In this document: one piece after another, positions 1 to 8,837 of the stretch | How positions within the stretch are numbered: the first letter of the stretch is position 1 | Layout: every line of letters begins with the position of its first letter | Assembly (NCBI GenBank): GCA_049976425.1 | Contig: JBMFIG010000001.1 | Location: 224,001-288,000 of the forward strand | Direction: 5' to 3' | DNA from: Thermoproteus sp. | Lineage (GTDB): Archaea > Thermoproteota > Thermoprotei > Thermoproteales > Thermoproteaceae | Length of the DNA stretch: 64,000 bases | The notes under the pieces: generated by a model | The model's input: the letters and a program-made list of their open reading frames with translations, nothing else | Told to the model about the DNA's origin: nothing | Database searches by the model: none | Made by a program: the position numbers and the translations under genes

Positions 1-25
1 TATTAATTAGTGCCATGGAGCCCCA

Positions 26-436
26 GTGGAGCTCCAGGAGGCCGTAGACCTATTGGAGGCCAAGATAAACAGCCCAACCTTCGTAAAGGCCGTGGGGAGG
101 ACCGCGGCGGAGGCCATAAAGACGTTGTTGGAGGCCTATAGATGCAACGTGGTCTTGACGACGGAGGAGGTGTTGAGGGTGCTGAACGACTACTATATCT
201 TCGAGTCGCGCATGAGGAGATTGATAGAGCTCTACGAGGAGCTCTCCGGCGGCGCGTTGACCGCCCTAGCCCGCATAGCGTTAGGCGAGGACGCGGATCT
301 GCCGGATGTAGACTACAAGCTTCTGCTGAGGGAGCTGGACGCTTATCGATCAGAGCTCTTCAGGCTGGCCGAGATGGTCAAGGAGGCGGAGCGGCGGTGT
401 CCGAAGGCCTACTCCTCGACGAGCTCCAAGGCGTAG
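26..436 (+). CDS. hypothetical helical protein
   Basis: 136-aa ORF with protein-like composition, AT-rich promoter-like sequence at 1-10, convergent with spt4; no motif recognised. Confidence 0.6.
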   Translation: MELQEAVDLLEAKINSPTFVKAVGRTAAEAIKTLLEAYRCNVVLTTEEVLRVLNDYYIFESRMRRLIELYEELSGGALTALARIALGEDADLPDVDYKLLLRELDAYRSELFRLAEMVKEAERRCPKAYSSTSSKA

Positions 437-630
437 ACTCCGGGCTTCGAGATCCCCAGCCGCTTGGCGATGCAGGACTTCTCGGGGTCCAGGACGGCCA
501 ACATGCCGCGCCAATTGTTGACGAACTCGGTAGAGCCGCAGTTGGGGCACTGCGCCGCGTCCTCGGGCACTATCAGCTTGCAGTTCTTGCAGGCCTTGTA
601 GCCCGACAGGGTCTTCTTGGCGCGGCTCAT
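409..630 (-). CDS. spt4: transcription elongation factor Spt4 (RpoE'')
   Basis: KACKNCK...CPNCGS zinc ribbon, WRGMLAVLDPEKS...PGVYAL; ATG at 630 overlaps the rpoE1 stop. Confidence 0.93.
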   Translation of the reverse strand: MSRAKKTLSGYKACKNCKLIVPEDAAQCPNCGSTEFVNNWRGMLAVLDPEKSCIAKRLGISKPGVYALELVEE

Positions 631-1196
631 GGCTTCTTCCCCTTCTTCTCCTTGAGCCACTCAAGTTTCCCGAGGCCGGGGCCGCGCATGGTCATGGTGA
701 TCCTCACGGCGAGGTCGAGGCCCTCCTTCTGGGCGACGTAGGAGACGCCGGTGATGCGGGCCCTCACCACATCCCCCACGCCCACCTTCCTCTTGCTCCT
801 CTCGCCTATAAAGCTCTTCGTGCTCGCGTCGAACAATATGTTGGGCTCCTCCATGAGGTGGATCTTGTTTATGAAGCCTAGGACGGGGCCTATGCGCACC
901 ATGACGCCCACCTCGCGGGCCGACTCCACTATGCCGTAGACAACCTCCCCGTCTAGGGGCACGTATGTCAACAGATCGAACACGGCTCTGTGGTACGTGG
1001 CGCCGTCGCCGAATAGTATGACGCCCTCCCTCGCGACCTTGGCGCCCAACACGGCCACCACGAAGCCCAGATCCCTGAAGGACTTCCCCTCGTACCTCGC
1101 CCTCAACTGGGCCAGGGCGACGTCCTCAAGCGGCTTGCCGAACTCCGACGGGTTGATCCTGACGTAGTCCTCGGCCTCGACTAGACGGAAAGGCAT
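627..1196 (-). CDS. rpoE1: RNA polymerase subunit Rpo7 (RpoE')
   Basis: DYVRINP, GDGATYH, S1 domain, C-terminal TMRGPGLGKLEW. Confidence 0.95.
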   Translation of the reverse strand: MPFRLVEAEDYVRINPSEFGKPLEDVALAQLRARYEGKSFRDLGFVVAVLGAKVAREGVILFGDGATYHRAVFDLLTYVPLDGEVVYGIVESAREVGVMVRIGPVLGFINKIHLMEEPNILFDASTKSFIGERSKRKVGVGDVVRARITGVSYVAQKEGLDLAVRITMTMRGPGLGKLEWLKEKKGKKP

Positions 1197-1232
1197 GGGG
1201 CTATCCTATCCCGTCTTTTTAAATACAACGCC

Positions 1233-1574
1233 TTAAAGCGCTACCAACTCCCTATCGTGGAATAGGACCACCGCAAGCCCGCTCCTCCTCGCCCTCTCCA
1301 CGATCTCCGAGTCGCCCGACAGCACGGCGCCGTCCACGCGCCTGGCGGCCTCCACGACCGACCTATCTGCGGGGCCCCTCTCGCCGACCACGAAGGGGGC
1401 CAACACCCGCACGAGCTTGAGAGCCACCCTCGCCTTCCGGCTTCTGCGGGCCAAAGTCTGTAGCTCCTCCAGCACGGCGTAGGTCGTGAAAAGCGTGTGC
1501 TCGACAAACACGTCGACGCCCACCCTCCGCTCGACGACGTATAGGAACGACGACGTGTCGACGACAAGCCTCAA
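1233..1574 (-). CDS. PIN-domain protein (Fcf1/Utp24-like)
   Basis: VVDTS, VLEEL, ADRSV, LSGD acidic PIN motifs; usual archaeal position upstream of rpoE1. Confidence 0.8.
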   Translation of the reverse strand: MRLVVDTSSFLYVVERRVGVDVFVEHTLFTTYAVLEELQTLARRSRKARVALKLVRVLAPFVVGERGPADRSVVEAARRVDGAVLSGDSEIVERARRSGLAVVLFHDRELVAL

Positions 1575-2620
1575 AGCCCCACGACAGATATCCCCAATTT
1601 CTCGGCGGCTTTCTTGAACGCGTCGGACTTCGCCGTCGCGATGAGCTGAAGCCGCTTCTTCTTAGCCAGGCTCAGGTAGGTCGCCAAGAGCTCCTCGGCG
1701 TAGTTGTCGGGCACGGCGAGATCGACGTCGTCCACCGCCACGACGCTGCCCTCGTTGGAGAGTATCAGCTGGGTCAAGACCGGCAGAACGGCCTTGGTGA
1801 AGTTGCCGACGTTGTAGGCGTTTGTCCACATGCCGCCTGCCTTGACGTACATGGCGATCCTCCCCGTCGACACGAGCCCGACCCTCACGTCGTCTATCCT
1901 AGCCGCCTTGAGGAGGCCGTAGAGGTGGTCTCTGAGCGGCTCGAACTGGGGCTGGGATAGTATGCGCGAGATCTGGTGGGCCGTGTACTGGCCTTCGGGC
2001 CCCACGCTCGTGGCCGGCAGGAGGTCCACGTGGGTCTCGTAGGTGTATTTCCAAGCGGCCAGCCTCCTGCCGCTTATGAAATAGTAGGCGTCTTTCAGCC
2101 CGACCCTCAGATCCAGCAAGATCCTCTCGGCTTTCCTGAACCTCTCGTCGTCGACAGGCCCGCAGGGTATCAGGACGTCCTCGTTCAACACAGCGTAGGG
2201 CGCGGTGCAGAGCTCCACGTCGAGGCCCTCGGGATAAACCACTCTGCCTCTCTGGCCGCTCTTCGCTACGCGTATCAACTGTTGAAAGTTCTCGTAGATC
2301 GCCTGCTCGACGTATCCGCCTTTCGTGGCGTAGGAGTAGCCGTAGCCGTACACCCCGCCTTCGAGGGCCCAGTGGGCCTCTATGGTAAACGGCGTCGAGG
2401 TATCGCCGCCTCTGTGGACGTCCTCCGCCTCGTGCACTATCAACAAAGGCCCCTCGAACAATATCCACTGCTCCCCCCTGCTCTGCATGAGCATGGAGAG
2501 CGCCTCGAGGAGCGACGTCTTGCCAGAGTTCGGCGGCCCGAAGAGGAGGGCGTGGCCCTCCAGATCCACGCAACGGTCCAACGCTCTGAAATTCCGGGCG
2601 CAGAGCCTCCTCAGCTCCAT
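1571..2620 (-). CDS. soluble ABC/SMC-like ATPase
   Basis: N-terminal RNFRAL, Walker A GPPNSGKT, degenerate Walker B VAVDDVD, QLIATA. Confidence 0.75.
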   Translation of the reverse strand: MELRRLCARNFRALDRCVDLEGHALLFGPPNSGKTSLLEALSMLMQSRGEQWILFEGPLLIVHEAEDVHRGGDTSTPFTIEAHWALEGGVYGYGYSYATKGGYVEQAIYENFQQLIRVAKSGQRGRVVYPEGLDVELCTAPYAVLNEDVLIPCGPVDDERFRKAERILLDLRVGLKDAYYFISGRRLAAWKYTYETHVDLLPATSVGPEGQYTAHQISRILSQPQFEPLRDHLYGLLKAARIDDVRVGLVSTGRIAMYVKAGGMWTNAYNVGNFTKAVLPVLTQLILSNEGSVVAVDDVDLAVPDNYAEELLATYLSLAKKKRLQLIATAKSDAFKKAAEKLGISVVGL

Positions 2621-3090
2621 AGCCTCGCCAGCTCGTCCCTATACCGCCTCAACAATCTGTCCAGCTCATCCGGAGGCGTGTTGGGGTCTATCTCCCTGCA
2701 TCTGGGGATTATGTGTATGTGGAGGTGCGCCTCGACGCCTGCGCCGGCCGCCCTGCCCACGTTTATCCCCATCAACACATTTTCGCAACCCGTGGCCGCC
2801 ATAACCGCGCTCTTCACCATATAGGCCTCCCTCAATAAGCCGGCCAGCTCCTCGTCTGTAAGCTCGTCCAGATCGCCCACGTGCTTGTAGGGGGCCACCA
2901 TCACGTGTCCCCACATATAGGGGTATTTATTCAGCAGACCTATGGAGTATCTGCCTCTATAGAACACGAGGTTTTCCCCGTCGGCCTCGGGCCTCCCTAT
3001 GTATTCGCAGAAGAAACACCCCTTCTTGTTCTCCCCGGAGACGATGTACTTATATCTCCACGGCGTCAGCACCACTCGGAACGCTCCCAC
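2611..3090 (-). CDS. HIT family hydrolase (Ap4A hydrolase/Fhit-like)
   Basis: CFFC, LNKYPY..GH, GRAAGA, HLHIHIIPR histidine triad. Confidence 0.92.
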   Translation of the reverse strand: MGAFRVVLTPWRYKYIVSGENKKGCFFCEYIGRPEADGENLVFYRGRYSIGLLNKYPYMWGHVMVAPYKHVGDLDELTDEELAGLLREAYMVKSAVMAATGCENVLMGINVGRAAGAGVEAHLHIHIIPRCREIDPNTPPDELDRLLRRYRDELARLWS

Positions 3091-3123
3091 CTGCCGTCCT
3101 ACCCAATGCCTTTATAGGTTTTC

Positions 3124-3177
3124 CGGCATGAGGATGTTGGGGCCGGGATAGTCCAAAGGCCAGCTCCGCCGACGCCG
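3124..3177 (+). ncRNA. possible C/D box sRNA
   Basis: Intergenic; degenerate C box ATGAGGA (3128-3134) and D box CCGA (3169-3172) flanked by CGGC/GCCG; inner boxes unclear. Confidence 0.3.
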
Positions 3178-3202
3178 CGGGCGAGGCCCCGCGTAGCGGG
3201 CT

Positions 3203-3412
3203 TCAGACCTGCTCGGCGCGTCTGGCCTTGATCAGTATGAATCTGTCGGACACTATGTCGTATACTATCGAGAAGTCGCCGGCCAGCATATGCGCCAGCT
3301 CTACCTTCTCGCCGAAGTCGAGGGATATGCCGTACTGCCGCAACACCTCGTCTAGGTCCGCCGAATCGCCTGCCTTAAGAGAGATGAGCTTGGCCAAAGC
3401 CTTTAGGTCCAT
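3203..3412 (-). CDS. small hypothetical protein
   Basis: 69-aa ORF, ATG preceded by a TATA-like run at about 3432-3440. Confidence 0.6.
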   Translation of the reverse strand: MDLKALAKLISLKAGDSADLDEVLRQYGISLDFGEKVELAHMLAGDFSIVYDIVSDRFILIKARRAEQV

Positions 3413-3472
3413 CGTAGACTTCGGCCGTCCGATATTTTTAGGCGACGGTTAGGGATTTAAGGGGAACGCGGA

Positions 3473-4174
3473 TTGTCCGGAGTGTTGACGTTGCCGACGC
3501 CTGCAGTGGTGGCTATAGGCAGTAGGGGCGGGAAGCTCGCGGCTTACGACGTGGAGGGCGGGAAGTTCTACGACTTGCCCATAGACCTCGAGGGGATAGA
3601 CGTCGCGGAGCTCAAGATAGAGGGCTTCAGCGTCAGGTCGCACGTAGCAGTGGCGTCCTACGCAACGTCGTTTATCAAGGCCATCGCCGTCGACGGCGAC
3701 GCGGAGCTGTTGGATGTTGGGGGGCTTAGGAAGATGCAGCGGGGAGCCGTCACTATCCAGACGGTGAAGGGGCGCGAGTTCGGCAGATGGGACGACGTGT
3801 GGAATAAGTTGATCTTAATAAGGGGGCCTGCCGGCGTGTTGGCTATCGGGGCCTCCAGAGCAGGCTCCCTCCTCCATCTGAGCACGGCCAGGACCGACGC
3901 CAGACACGTCAAGGCCGTGACGGACTCCCTAGAGCTCTTGAGGAAATTCGGCGAGGTCTCGGTCGCCTGTTCGTGCCGGCTCGGCCTGCTCCCGGTGGAG
4001 CTATTGGCTAGACGCGGCACCGAATACGTCTTGGTCAAAATCTACATGAATATCCAGAACAAGAGAAGCGAGAACCTAGTGGTTATCAAAGGCTCTGGCG
4101 GCAACATACAGAGGAGGTTTATCGGACCTCTAGAAAATCTCAATCTTTTTATCCAAGAGGTCTACCGATCTTGA
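3473..4174 (+). CDS. hypothetical protein
   Basis: 233-aa ORF whose stop overlaps the nucleotidyltransferase start. Confidence 0.65.
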   Translation: MSGVLTLPTPAVVAIGSRGGKLAAYDVEGGKFYDLPIDLEGIDVAELKIEGFSVRSHVAVASYATSFIKAIAVDGDAELLDVGGLRKMQRGAVTIQTVKGREFGRWDDVWNKLILIRGPAGVLAIGASRAGSLLHLSTARTDARHVKAVTDSLELLRKFGEVSVACSCRLGLLPVELLARRGTEYVLVKIYMNIQNKRSENLVVIKGSGGNIQRRFIGPLENLNLFIQEVYRS

Positions 4175-5247
4175 TGGATAGAGTTATCATCCTGGCGGGC
4201 GGCTTTGCCACCAGGCTCAGGCCCCTCAGCTATACCAGGCCCAAGCCCCTCTTCCCCGTGCTGGATAAGCCGCTTATAGACTGGATAGTGGAAGGCGTGA
4301 GGGGCATAGCGCCTGTCGTCGTGTCCGCCCGCTACCTCGCCCACATGATCCGCGACTATGTCTCGAGGAGGTGGAACGACGTGGCTACCGTGGTCGAGGA
4401 GAATAGGCCGTTGGGAGACGGAGGCGCTGTGGCGTACATAGCCGACATGTTGAGCCTCAACGGCCCGGTGTTGGTGGTCAACGGCGACGTGTTCACCGAT
4501 GTGGACTACTCAGCCATAGTGAACGCCCATAGGAAATACGGCGGCGTGGCCACCATAGCCTTCGTCGAGGTGCCGCCGGAGAGCGTGAGCAAATACGGCA
4601 TAGCCGTGGTCGACGACTCCATGAGGCTGAGGGGCTTCGTTGAGAAGCCGAAGGAGCCGCCGGGAGGTAGCCGGCTCGCCAACGCGGGCGTCTACGTCTT
4701 CGAGGCGGAGGCCCTTAAGGCCATACCTAGAAGGAGGGGCGAGGTCAAGATAGCGAAGGACCTCATACCGGCTCTCCTGGAGAAACACGATATATATGTC
4801 TATATACATAGAGGGATCTGGCACGATATAGGGACTCCCGCCGACTATCTGAAGGCCAACTTCGCGGCGCTCGACAAGTGGGGAGGCGTAGCCGAGAGGG
4901 CAGGCGCGGAGATCACGCCGCCTGTCTACATCGCCGGGGACGTGGAGATAGGCGAGGGCGCCTCCATAGGCCCCTACGTGGTGTTGGGGTCGGGCTCCAG
5001 AGTGGGCAAATATTCCAGAATAAGGAACAGCGTGTTGATGAGGGAGGTGTCGGTGGAGCCGGGCTCCCACATATCGGGTAGCATAATAGGCGAGGAGAGC
5101 TACATAGGGAGGTGGGCCCGCATCGTCGACGCTGTGATAGCCGACGGCGTCTACGTCAGAGACGAGGTGTCGGTCGGGAGGAACTCGTCGGTGGGCCCCA
5201 ACAGAGAAGTCGTGGAGGACGTGCCGGAGGGCTCCACTCTGCCTTGA
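4171..5247 (+). CDS. sugar-phosphate nucleotidyltransferase (mannose-1-P guanylyltransferase-like)
   Basis: ILAGGFATRLRPL..PKPL, NGD, FVEKP, WHDIGTP, C-terminal hexapeptide repeats. Confidence 0.92.
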   Translation: MMDRVIILAGGFATRLRPLSYTRPKPLFPVLDKPLIDWIVEGVRGIAPVVVSARYLAHMIRDYVSRRWNDVATVVEENRPLGDGGAVAYIADMLSLNGPVLVVNGDVFTDVDYSAIVNAHRKYGGVATIAFVEVPPESVSKYGIAVVDDSMRLRGFVEKPKEPPGGSRLANAGVYVFEAEALKAIPRRRGEVKIAKDLIPALLEKHDIYVYIHRGIWHDIGTPADYLKANFAALDKWGGVAERAGAEITPPVYIAGDVEIGEGASIGPYVVLGSGSRVGKYSRIRNSVLMREVSVEPGSHISGSIIGEESYIGRWARIVDAVIADGVYVRDEVSVGRNSSVGPNREVVEDVPEGSTLP

Positions 5248-5298
5248 TCAGCGCTTTTAACCCCATTCACGCCGTCCTCCAGCCTGGCCTCATCACCT
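5246..5298 (-). ncRNA. C/D box methylation guide sRNA
   Basis: Minus strand GTGATGA (5296-5290) ... GTGAATG ... GGGTTAAAAGCG CTGA (5251-5248); fills the gap between two convergent stop codons. Confidence 0.8.
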
Positions 5299-5719
5299 AG
5301 GCGTTATAGACCTTGCTTAAAATAGTGCGCAACGCCTTCTCGACGTCGGTCTTCGTCCGTATTTTCTTCTTGAAGACATCGCCGGCGTCCGCGACGATGC
5401 GGTTGCCCTCTATGTATATTCTGGCCGTCGAGGTTGGGGATATGTAGGGTCTGAAAACCAGCCGCCTCTCCTCTACCTGCAACGGGCCCGTGTAGGAGTA
5501 GTACCGCGATTTCGTCGCCTTGGCTATCAACGACATGAGCCTCGCCAGAACTCTGCCGGCTCTGGCCACCTCCTCGTCGTCTATCTTCTCCTCGCTCTCC
5601 TTGCCAACTACGGCAGAATAGAGGCTCTTGGTCTCGAGATGGTACTGCATCAAGAACGCGGCCCTATCGCCGATCAGCGAAATAGATCGGACGTAGGGGC
5701 TGACCACTACGGAAAGCAA
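5297..5719 (-). CDS. hypothetical protein
   Basis: Track ORF 5297..5755; likely start TTG at 5719 after AAGGGG and the stop of the upstream Zn-finger ORF. Confidence 0.65.
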   Translation of the reverse strand: MLSVVVSPYVRSISLIGDRAAFLMQYHLETKSLYSAVVGKESEEKIDDEEVARAGRVLARLMSLIAKATKSRYYSYTGPLQVEERRLVFRPYISPTSTARIYIEGNRIVADAGDVFKKKIRTKTDVEKALRTILSKVYNA

Positions 5720-5726
5720 CGGCCCC

Positions 5727-5903
5727 TTAGAGCCTCTCGAGCGGGTCGACCCCATTTGGACATTTATACTGCATCTTCCTGGCGCACACGTCGCAGAACA
5801 TATGGCCTGTCTTCTTACAAAGGTATCTATCCTCGTAGAGGTAGAGCCTTCTGCCGCATCGGCTACACCTCCCGACCATCAAGGTCTTTATAGGGTAGAC
5901 CAC
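5727..5903 (-). CDS. small Cys/His zinc-finger protein (58 aa, absent from the ORF track)
   Basis: Hand translation MVYPIKTLMVGRCSRCGRRLYLYEDRYLCKKTGHMFCDVCARKMQYKCPNGVDPLERL; TTTAAATA about 25 nt upstream. Confidence 0.75.
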   Translation of the reverse strand: MVYPIKTLMVGRCSRCGRRLYLYEDRYLCKKTGHMFCDVCARKMQYKCPNGVDPLERL

Positions 5904-5937
5904 GAACCGCCCGTTGACGGGCCTATTTAAATTTTGG

Positions 5938-6315
5938 CTAGGCCTTCCTTACGCCGAGCTTTAGGACGATCCTCCCGCCGTCCTGGACCAGCCTGGCCTT
6001 CTCGGTAGCTAGGAGATAGGCGAGCGCCTTGTTGGGATCCACGCCGGCCTCCCTACACCGCTCCACAAACGACGAGATCTCCTCTCCGTCCTTCAGCTCC
6101 ACCTCGGCGATGGCCGGCGAGTCGAGCCTAAGGACGCCCTTGACGAGCACCTCCAGCTCCTCGTATATGTCCGCCAGCTTTCCGAGCACCTCGACCACGG
6201 CGCCTAGCTCCCTCATGACCTGCGCCACAGCTTCGTTCAACTCCTCATCGTCGTAGCGCCTAGCGGCTCTGTCGAGATCCCTCAAAGACCTGGCGAGATC
6301 TCTCACCAAGTCCAT
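5938..6315 (-). CDS. hypothetical protein, coiled-coil N-terminus, possible wHTH-like C-terminus
   Basis: 125-aa ORF overlapping the end of the M48 gene. Confidence 0.65.
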   Translation of the reverse strand: MDLVRDLARSLRDLDRAARRYDDEELNEAVAQVMRELGAVVEVLGKLADIYEELEVLVKGVLRLDSPAIAEVELKDGEEISSFVERCREAGVDPNKALAYLLATEKARLVQDGGRIVLKLGVRKA

Positions 6316-7304
6316 ATTCTAAGGACTCTGTCCAACGTATTAGGGTGTGTCTTAACTAAGAACTTCAGCCGCGAGTAGGCCGGATATAATACCTCCTCGA
6401 CGACCTCGTTCCACCCGACCTTCAACAAGCCGGTGGCCAGATGTCCGGAGCCGGCGTATCTATCCGCCTCGTACTCGTAGAGACGTATCAATGCCGTGTA
6501 GAGCAGAGACGCGCCGATTAGATGAATACCTATTAAATAGAGCGATATATTAGCATATACATAATTAATTAAATATATTCTTAAAATAAATTCACTTATT
6601 AGAAATAAAAGAATTTTATACATATGGTGGAGCCTTATATGGCCTTCTTCATGCCTCAAGGCCGCCTCTATTTCCTCCGGCTTCAGCCTCGCGAGAAGCC
6701 CGGTGGTGGCGAGTATAATACTGCCGAAGGGCGTCTCGAAAGACATGGCGTTGGCCGTGCGGTCCTTGACCACGCATATGCCCTTGGCCTTGAAGTGGTA
6801 GGCCTCGTATTCGCCAAGTATAGCGGGGTTTTCCAATATCTCTTTTTTGTTCTTTTTAAGGAAATCTAAATCTTTATATTTAGTTTTTATTATAGTTATA
6901 TAATCTACTTTAATACATTTACTTTTTAAATATAGAAATAAAGCGATATAGCTGGCGATAATCGCGGAAACCCCGACCATGAGCTGTAGAGACAGGTGGT
7001 GCACGAGCAGGGCCGGCGGCATGGAGATCAGGAACGGGAGGAATAGAAATAGGGGGTTGATCTTGATTTCCGGCGGCTCGACCAACTTGCCCGATTTCCA
7101 AGCCCCAATTATAGCTACGTTATACCTGTCGTCTCTCGCGAGCTCTCGTAGATATAGGAGATATGCGGCCCGTGCCCTCAAGCTACGGAGCTTTGGTCTC
7201 TTGATCTCTATAGTCTCGCCGTCGGCTAATATGACGCCGTCCCTTACCTCGAGCCTCGAGCCCAAGCCCAATCTCCTCCACTGGTCGCTCAAGTCGATAT
7301 ACAC
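6303..7304 (-). CDS. M48/HtpX-family membrane zinc metalloprotease
   Basis: ANAM, ATTGLL..L..EEIEAALRHEEGH, EYEADRYA, THP...DR; several hydrophobic segments. Confidence 0.88.
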   Translation of the reverse strand: MYIDLSDQWRRLGLGSRLEVRDGVILADGETIEIKRPKLRSLRARAAYLLYLRELARDDRYNVAIIGAWKSGKLVEPPEIKINPLFLFLPFLISMPPALLVHHLSLQLMVGVSAIIASYIALFLYLKSKCIKVDYITIIKTKYKDLDFLKKNKKEILENPAILGEYEAYHFKAKGICVVKDRTANAMSFETPFGSIILATTGLLARLKPEEIEAALRHEEGHIRLHHMYKILLFLISEFILRIYLINYVYANISLYLIGIHLIGASLLYTALIRLYEYEADRYAGSGHLATGLLKVGWNEVVEEVLYPAYSRLKFLVKTHPNTLDRVLRIWTW

Positions 7305-7339
7305 AAGGCGGGAGGAAAGTCCTAATATATTGCCGGCGA

Positions 7340-7702
7340 TTACTGTAGCTTTTCGGACTCCAGTATCTCCAGGACTTTGTCGGTCTCGTACTTTTCGAGG
7401 AGATCCCAGAGCTTGCCCGATCGGTAGAGGCCGTAGACTTTGCCCCTGGCGCTTCTCTTGATGACGGCGATATAGCCGCGGTGGACGAGCTCGTCGAGGA
7501 ATCCGCGTATCATGACCGTTTTTGCCCTTATATCCTTCCTGCTATATATGCTTAGGTCTTGGGCGATTTTAGATGGTCGAAATGTTATCAAATTGCCCTT
7601 TGCATTCTTTGCTTGATCTTGCAAAAACTGTATAGTGATCCTTTTTATTACATAGGAATCGAGCTTATCGGAATATTTGTAAATTGTACGAAAGCCTTCC
7701 AT
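7340..7702 (-). CDS. winged-helix DNA-binding protein (putative)
   Basis: TFRPSKIAQDL ... FLDELVHRGYIAVIKRSARGKVYGL helix-plus-wing pattern. Confidence 0.65.
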   Translation of the reverse strand: MEGFRTIYKYSDKLDSYVIKRITIQFLQDQAKNAKGNLITFRPSKIAQDLSIYSRKDIRAKTVMIRGFLDELVHRGYIAVIKRSARGKVYGLYRSGKLWDLLEKYETDKVLEILESEKLQ

Positions 7703-7722
7703 AGATCATTAGAATTCACCTC

Positions 7723-7932
7723 TTATTTATGCATTTCTTTTCTATTTAAGCATTTTAGATTCTCTATAAAAATTATTTTCTCTTTTATTTCATTTAAGGT
7801 TTTTTCTATGTATGACAACTTATAATTTAGATAATTAAAATAAATCTCACAAGTTTCCATCTCGTCGATATCAACGCCCAATATCTTCAGTGCATTAATA
7901 ATTTGTTTAATTATTTCATCTCTATCTTTCAT
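7723..7932 (-). CDS. small AT-rich hypothetical protein
   Basis: 69-aa ORF packed between the ATPase stop and the wHTH start. Confidence 0.5.
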   Translation of the reverse strand: MKDRDEIIKQIINALKILGVDIDEMETCEIYFNYLNYKLSYIEKTLNEIKEKIIFIENLKCLNRKEMHK

Positions 7933-7937
7933 ATTTC

Positions 7938-8837
7938 TTAAATAAATTTATAAATTTTTATAATTTTATCATTTATTATAATAGATGAATTATTTATTTT
8001 AAAGTCATATGATATATGCGGTTTAACGAGTATAATATTTGTATGCGCCATTACATCTGGCGGCGGCAGTATATTGGTGACCAGGACAACTCTAATGCCG
8101 TATTTGGCCATTTCAGTAATTATGTGTCTTATGATATTTAGATTTAAAATGTTTTGAGCTTCATCGAGTATTAATATTAATTTTATATTTTTTGTAATAG
8201 GCATATTTCTAAATTTATTGTATATAAAGGTCAGAATTAATGATATTATTAGAATCTTCTCCTCAACTAATGATAGACTAGATAAATCAATTGTTATATT
8301 TTTATTATATTTAATAATAAAATCAAGTGGGATTCTTCCTTTGTCTAATGCATCGAGAATGTATTCAAGCCTACGTAGTATGGCCGCCTTCATTTCGGTC
8401 TCGCTCTTCGTGGTTGTCAGATACGAATCTATCGCTGTCAGCAGATCTTTCGGCCGTTTAACCTCTTGATCCTTTATAGATCTATATAGAAAATAAATAG
8501 ATGGCTCATTTAGATTTAATGATATACCAATTAATTCTGCTAGGATTTTCTTATTTATATTTGATATATCTAGCTTTAATTTAGAGGCATTTATCCTAAG
8601 GCCTAGGCTGTACTCGCCGTTCCAGTCCATCACGACGACTTTCTTTCCACTACGGCTTGCTATCTTCTTGGCGAGGGTAGTCTTGCCCGATCGAGTAGGC
8701 CCTATTATGGTTATATGTTTGTCGAGAGGCAGGTAGACGAGGCCGCCGGAGCCGAGGCCTACGAACACCTCGTCGTCTCTCCAAATATATGTGGCGAGAG
8801 CCAGCGATATGAGCGCCGCGAGGGCTATGTCGATCAT
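7938..8837 (-). CDS. HerA/FtsK/VirB4-superfamily ATPase with N-terminal membrane anchor
   Basis: KHITIIGPTRSGKT, VMDWNGEY, IDLSSL, ILILDEAQ, MAKYGI; hydrophobic N-terminus; ATG at 8837 overlaps the helicase TGA. Confidence 0.8.
   Translation of the reverse strand: MIDIALAALISLALATYIWRDDEVFVGLGSGGLVYLPLDKHITIIGPTRSGKTTLAKKIASRSGKKVVVMDWNGEYSLGLRINASKLKLDISNINKKILAELIGISLNLNEPSIYFLYRSIKDQEVKRPKDLLTAIDSYLTTTKSETEMKAAILRRLEYILDALDKGRIPLDFIIKYNKNITIDLSSLSLVEEKILIISLILTFIYNKFRNMPITKNIKLILILDEAQNILNLNIIRHIITEMAKYGIRVVLVTNILPPPDVMAHTNIILVKPHISYDFKINNSSIIINDKIIKIYKFI

Noticed and set aside
142-741. This and many other long antisense or alternate-frame ORFs (e.g. 1976..2824, 24745..25737, 49850..50938)
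   Set aside because: Shadow ORFs of GC-rich genes whose true frames carry clear family motifs
7312-7322. GAGGAAAGTCC, the RNase P RNA 5' signature
   Set aside because: Sits in a 35-nt gap overlapping the M48 promoter region and is flanked by coding DNA; no matching 3' P4 strand seen
7938-8837. Assignment of the ATPase as canonical HerA or CedB/TedB
   Set aside because: Too short, and the expected partner genes are not adjacent; left at superfamily level
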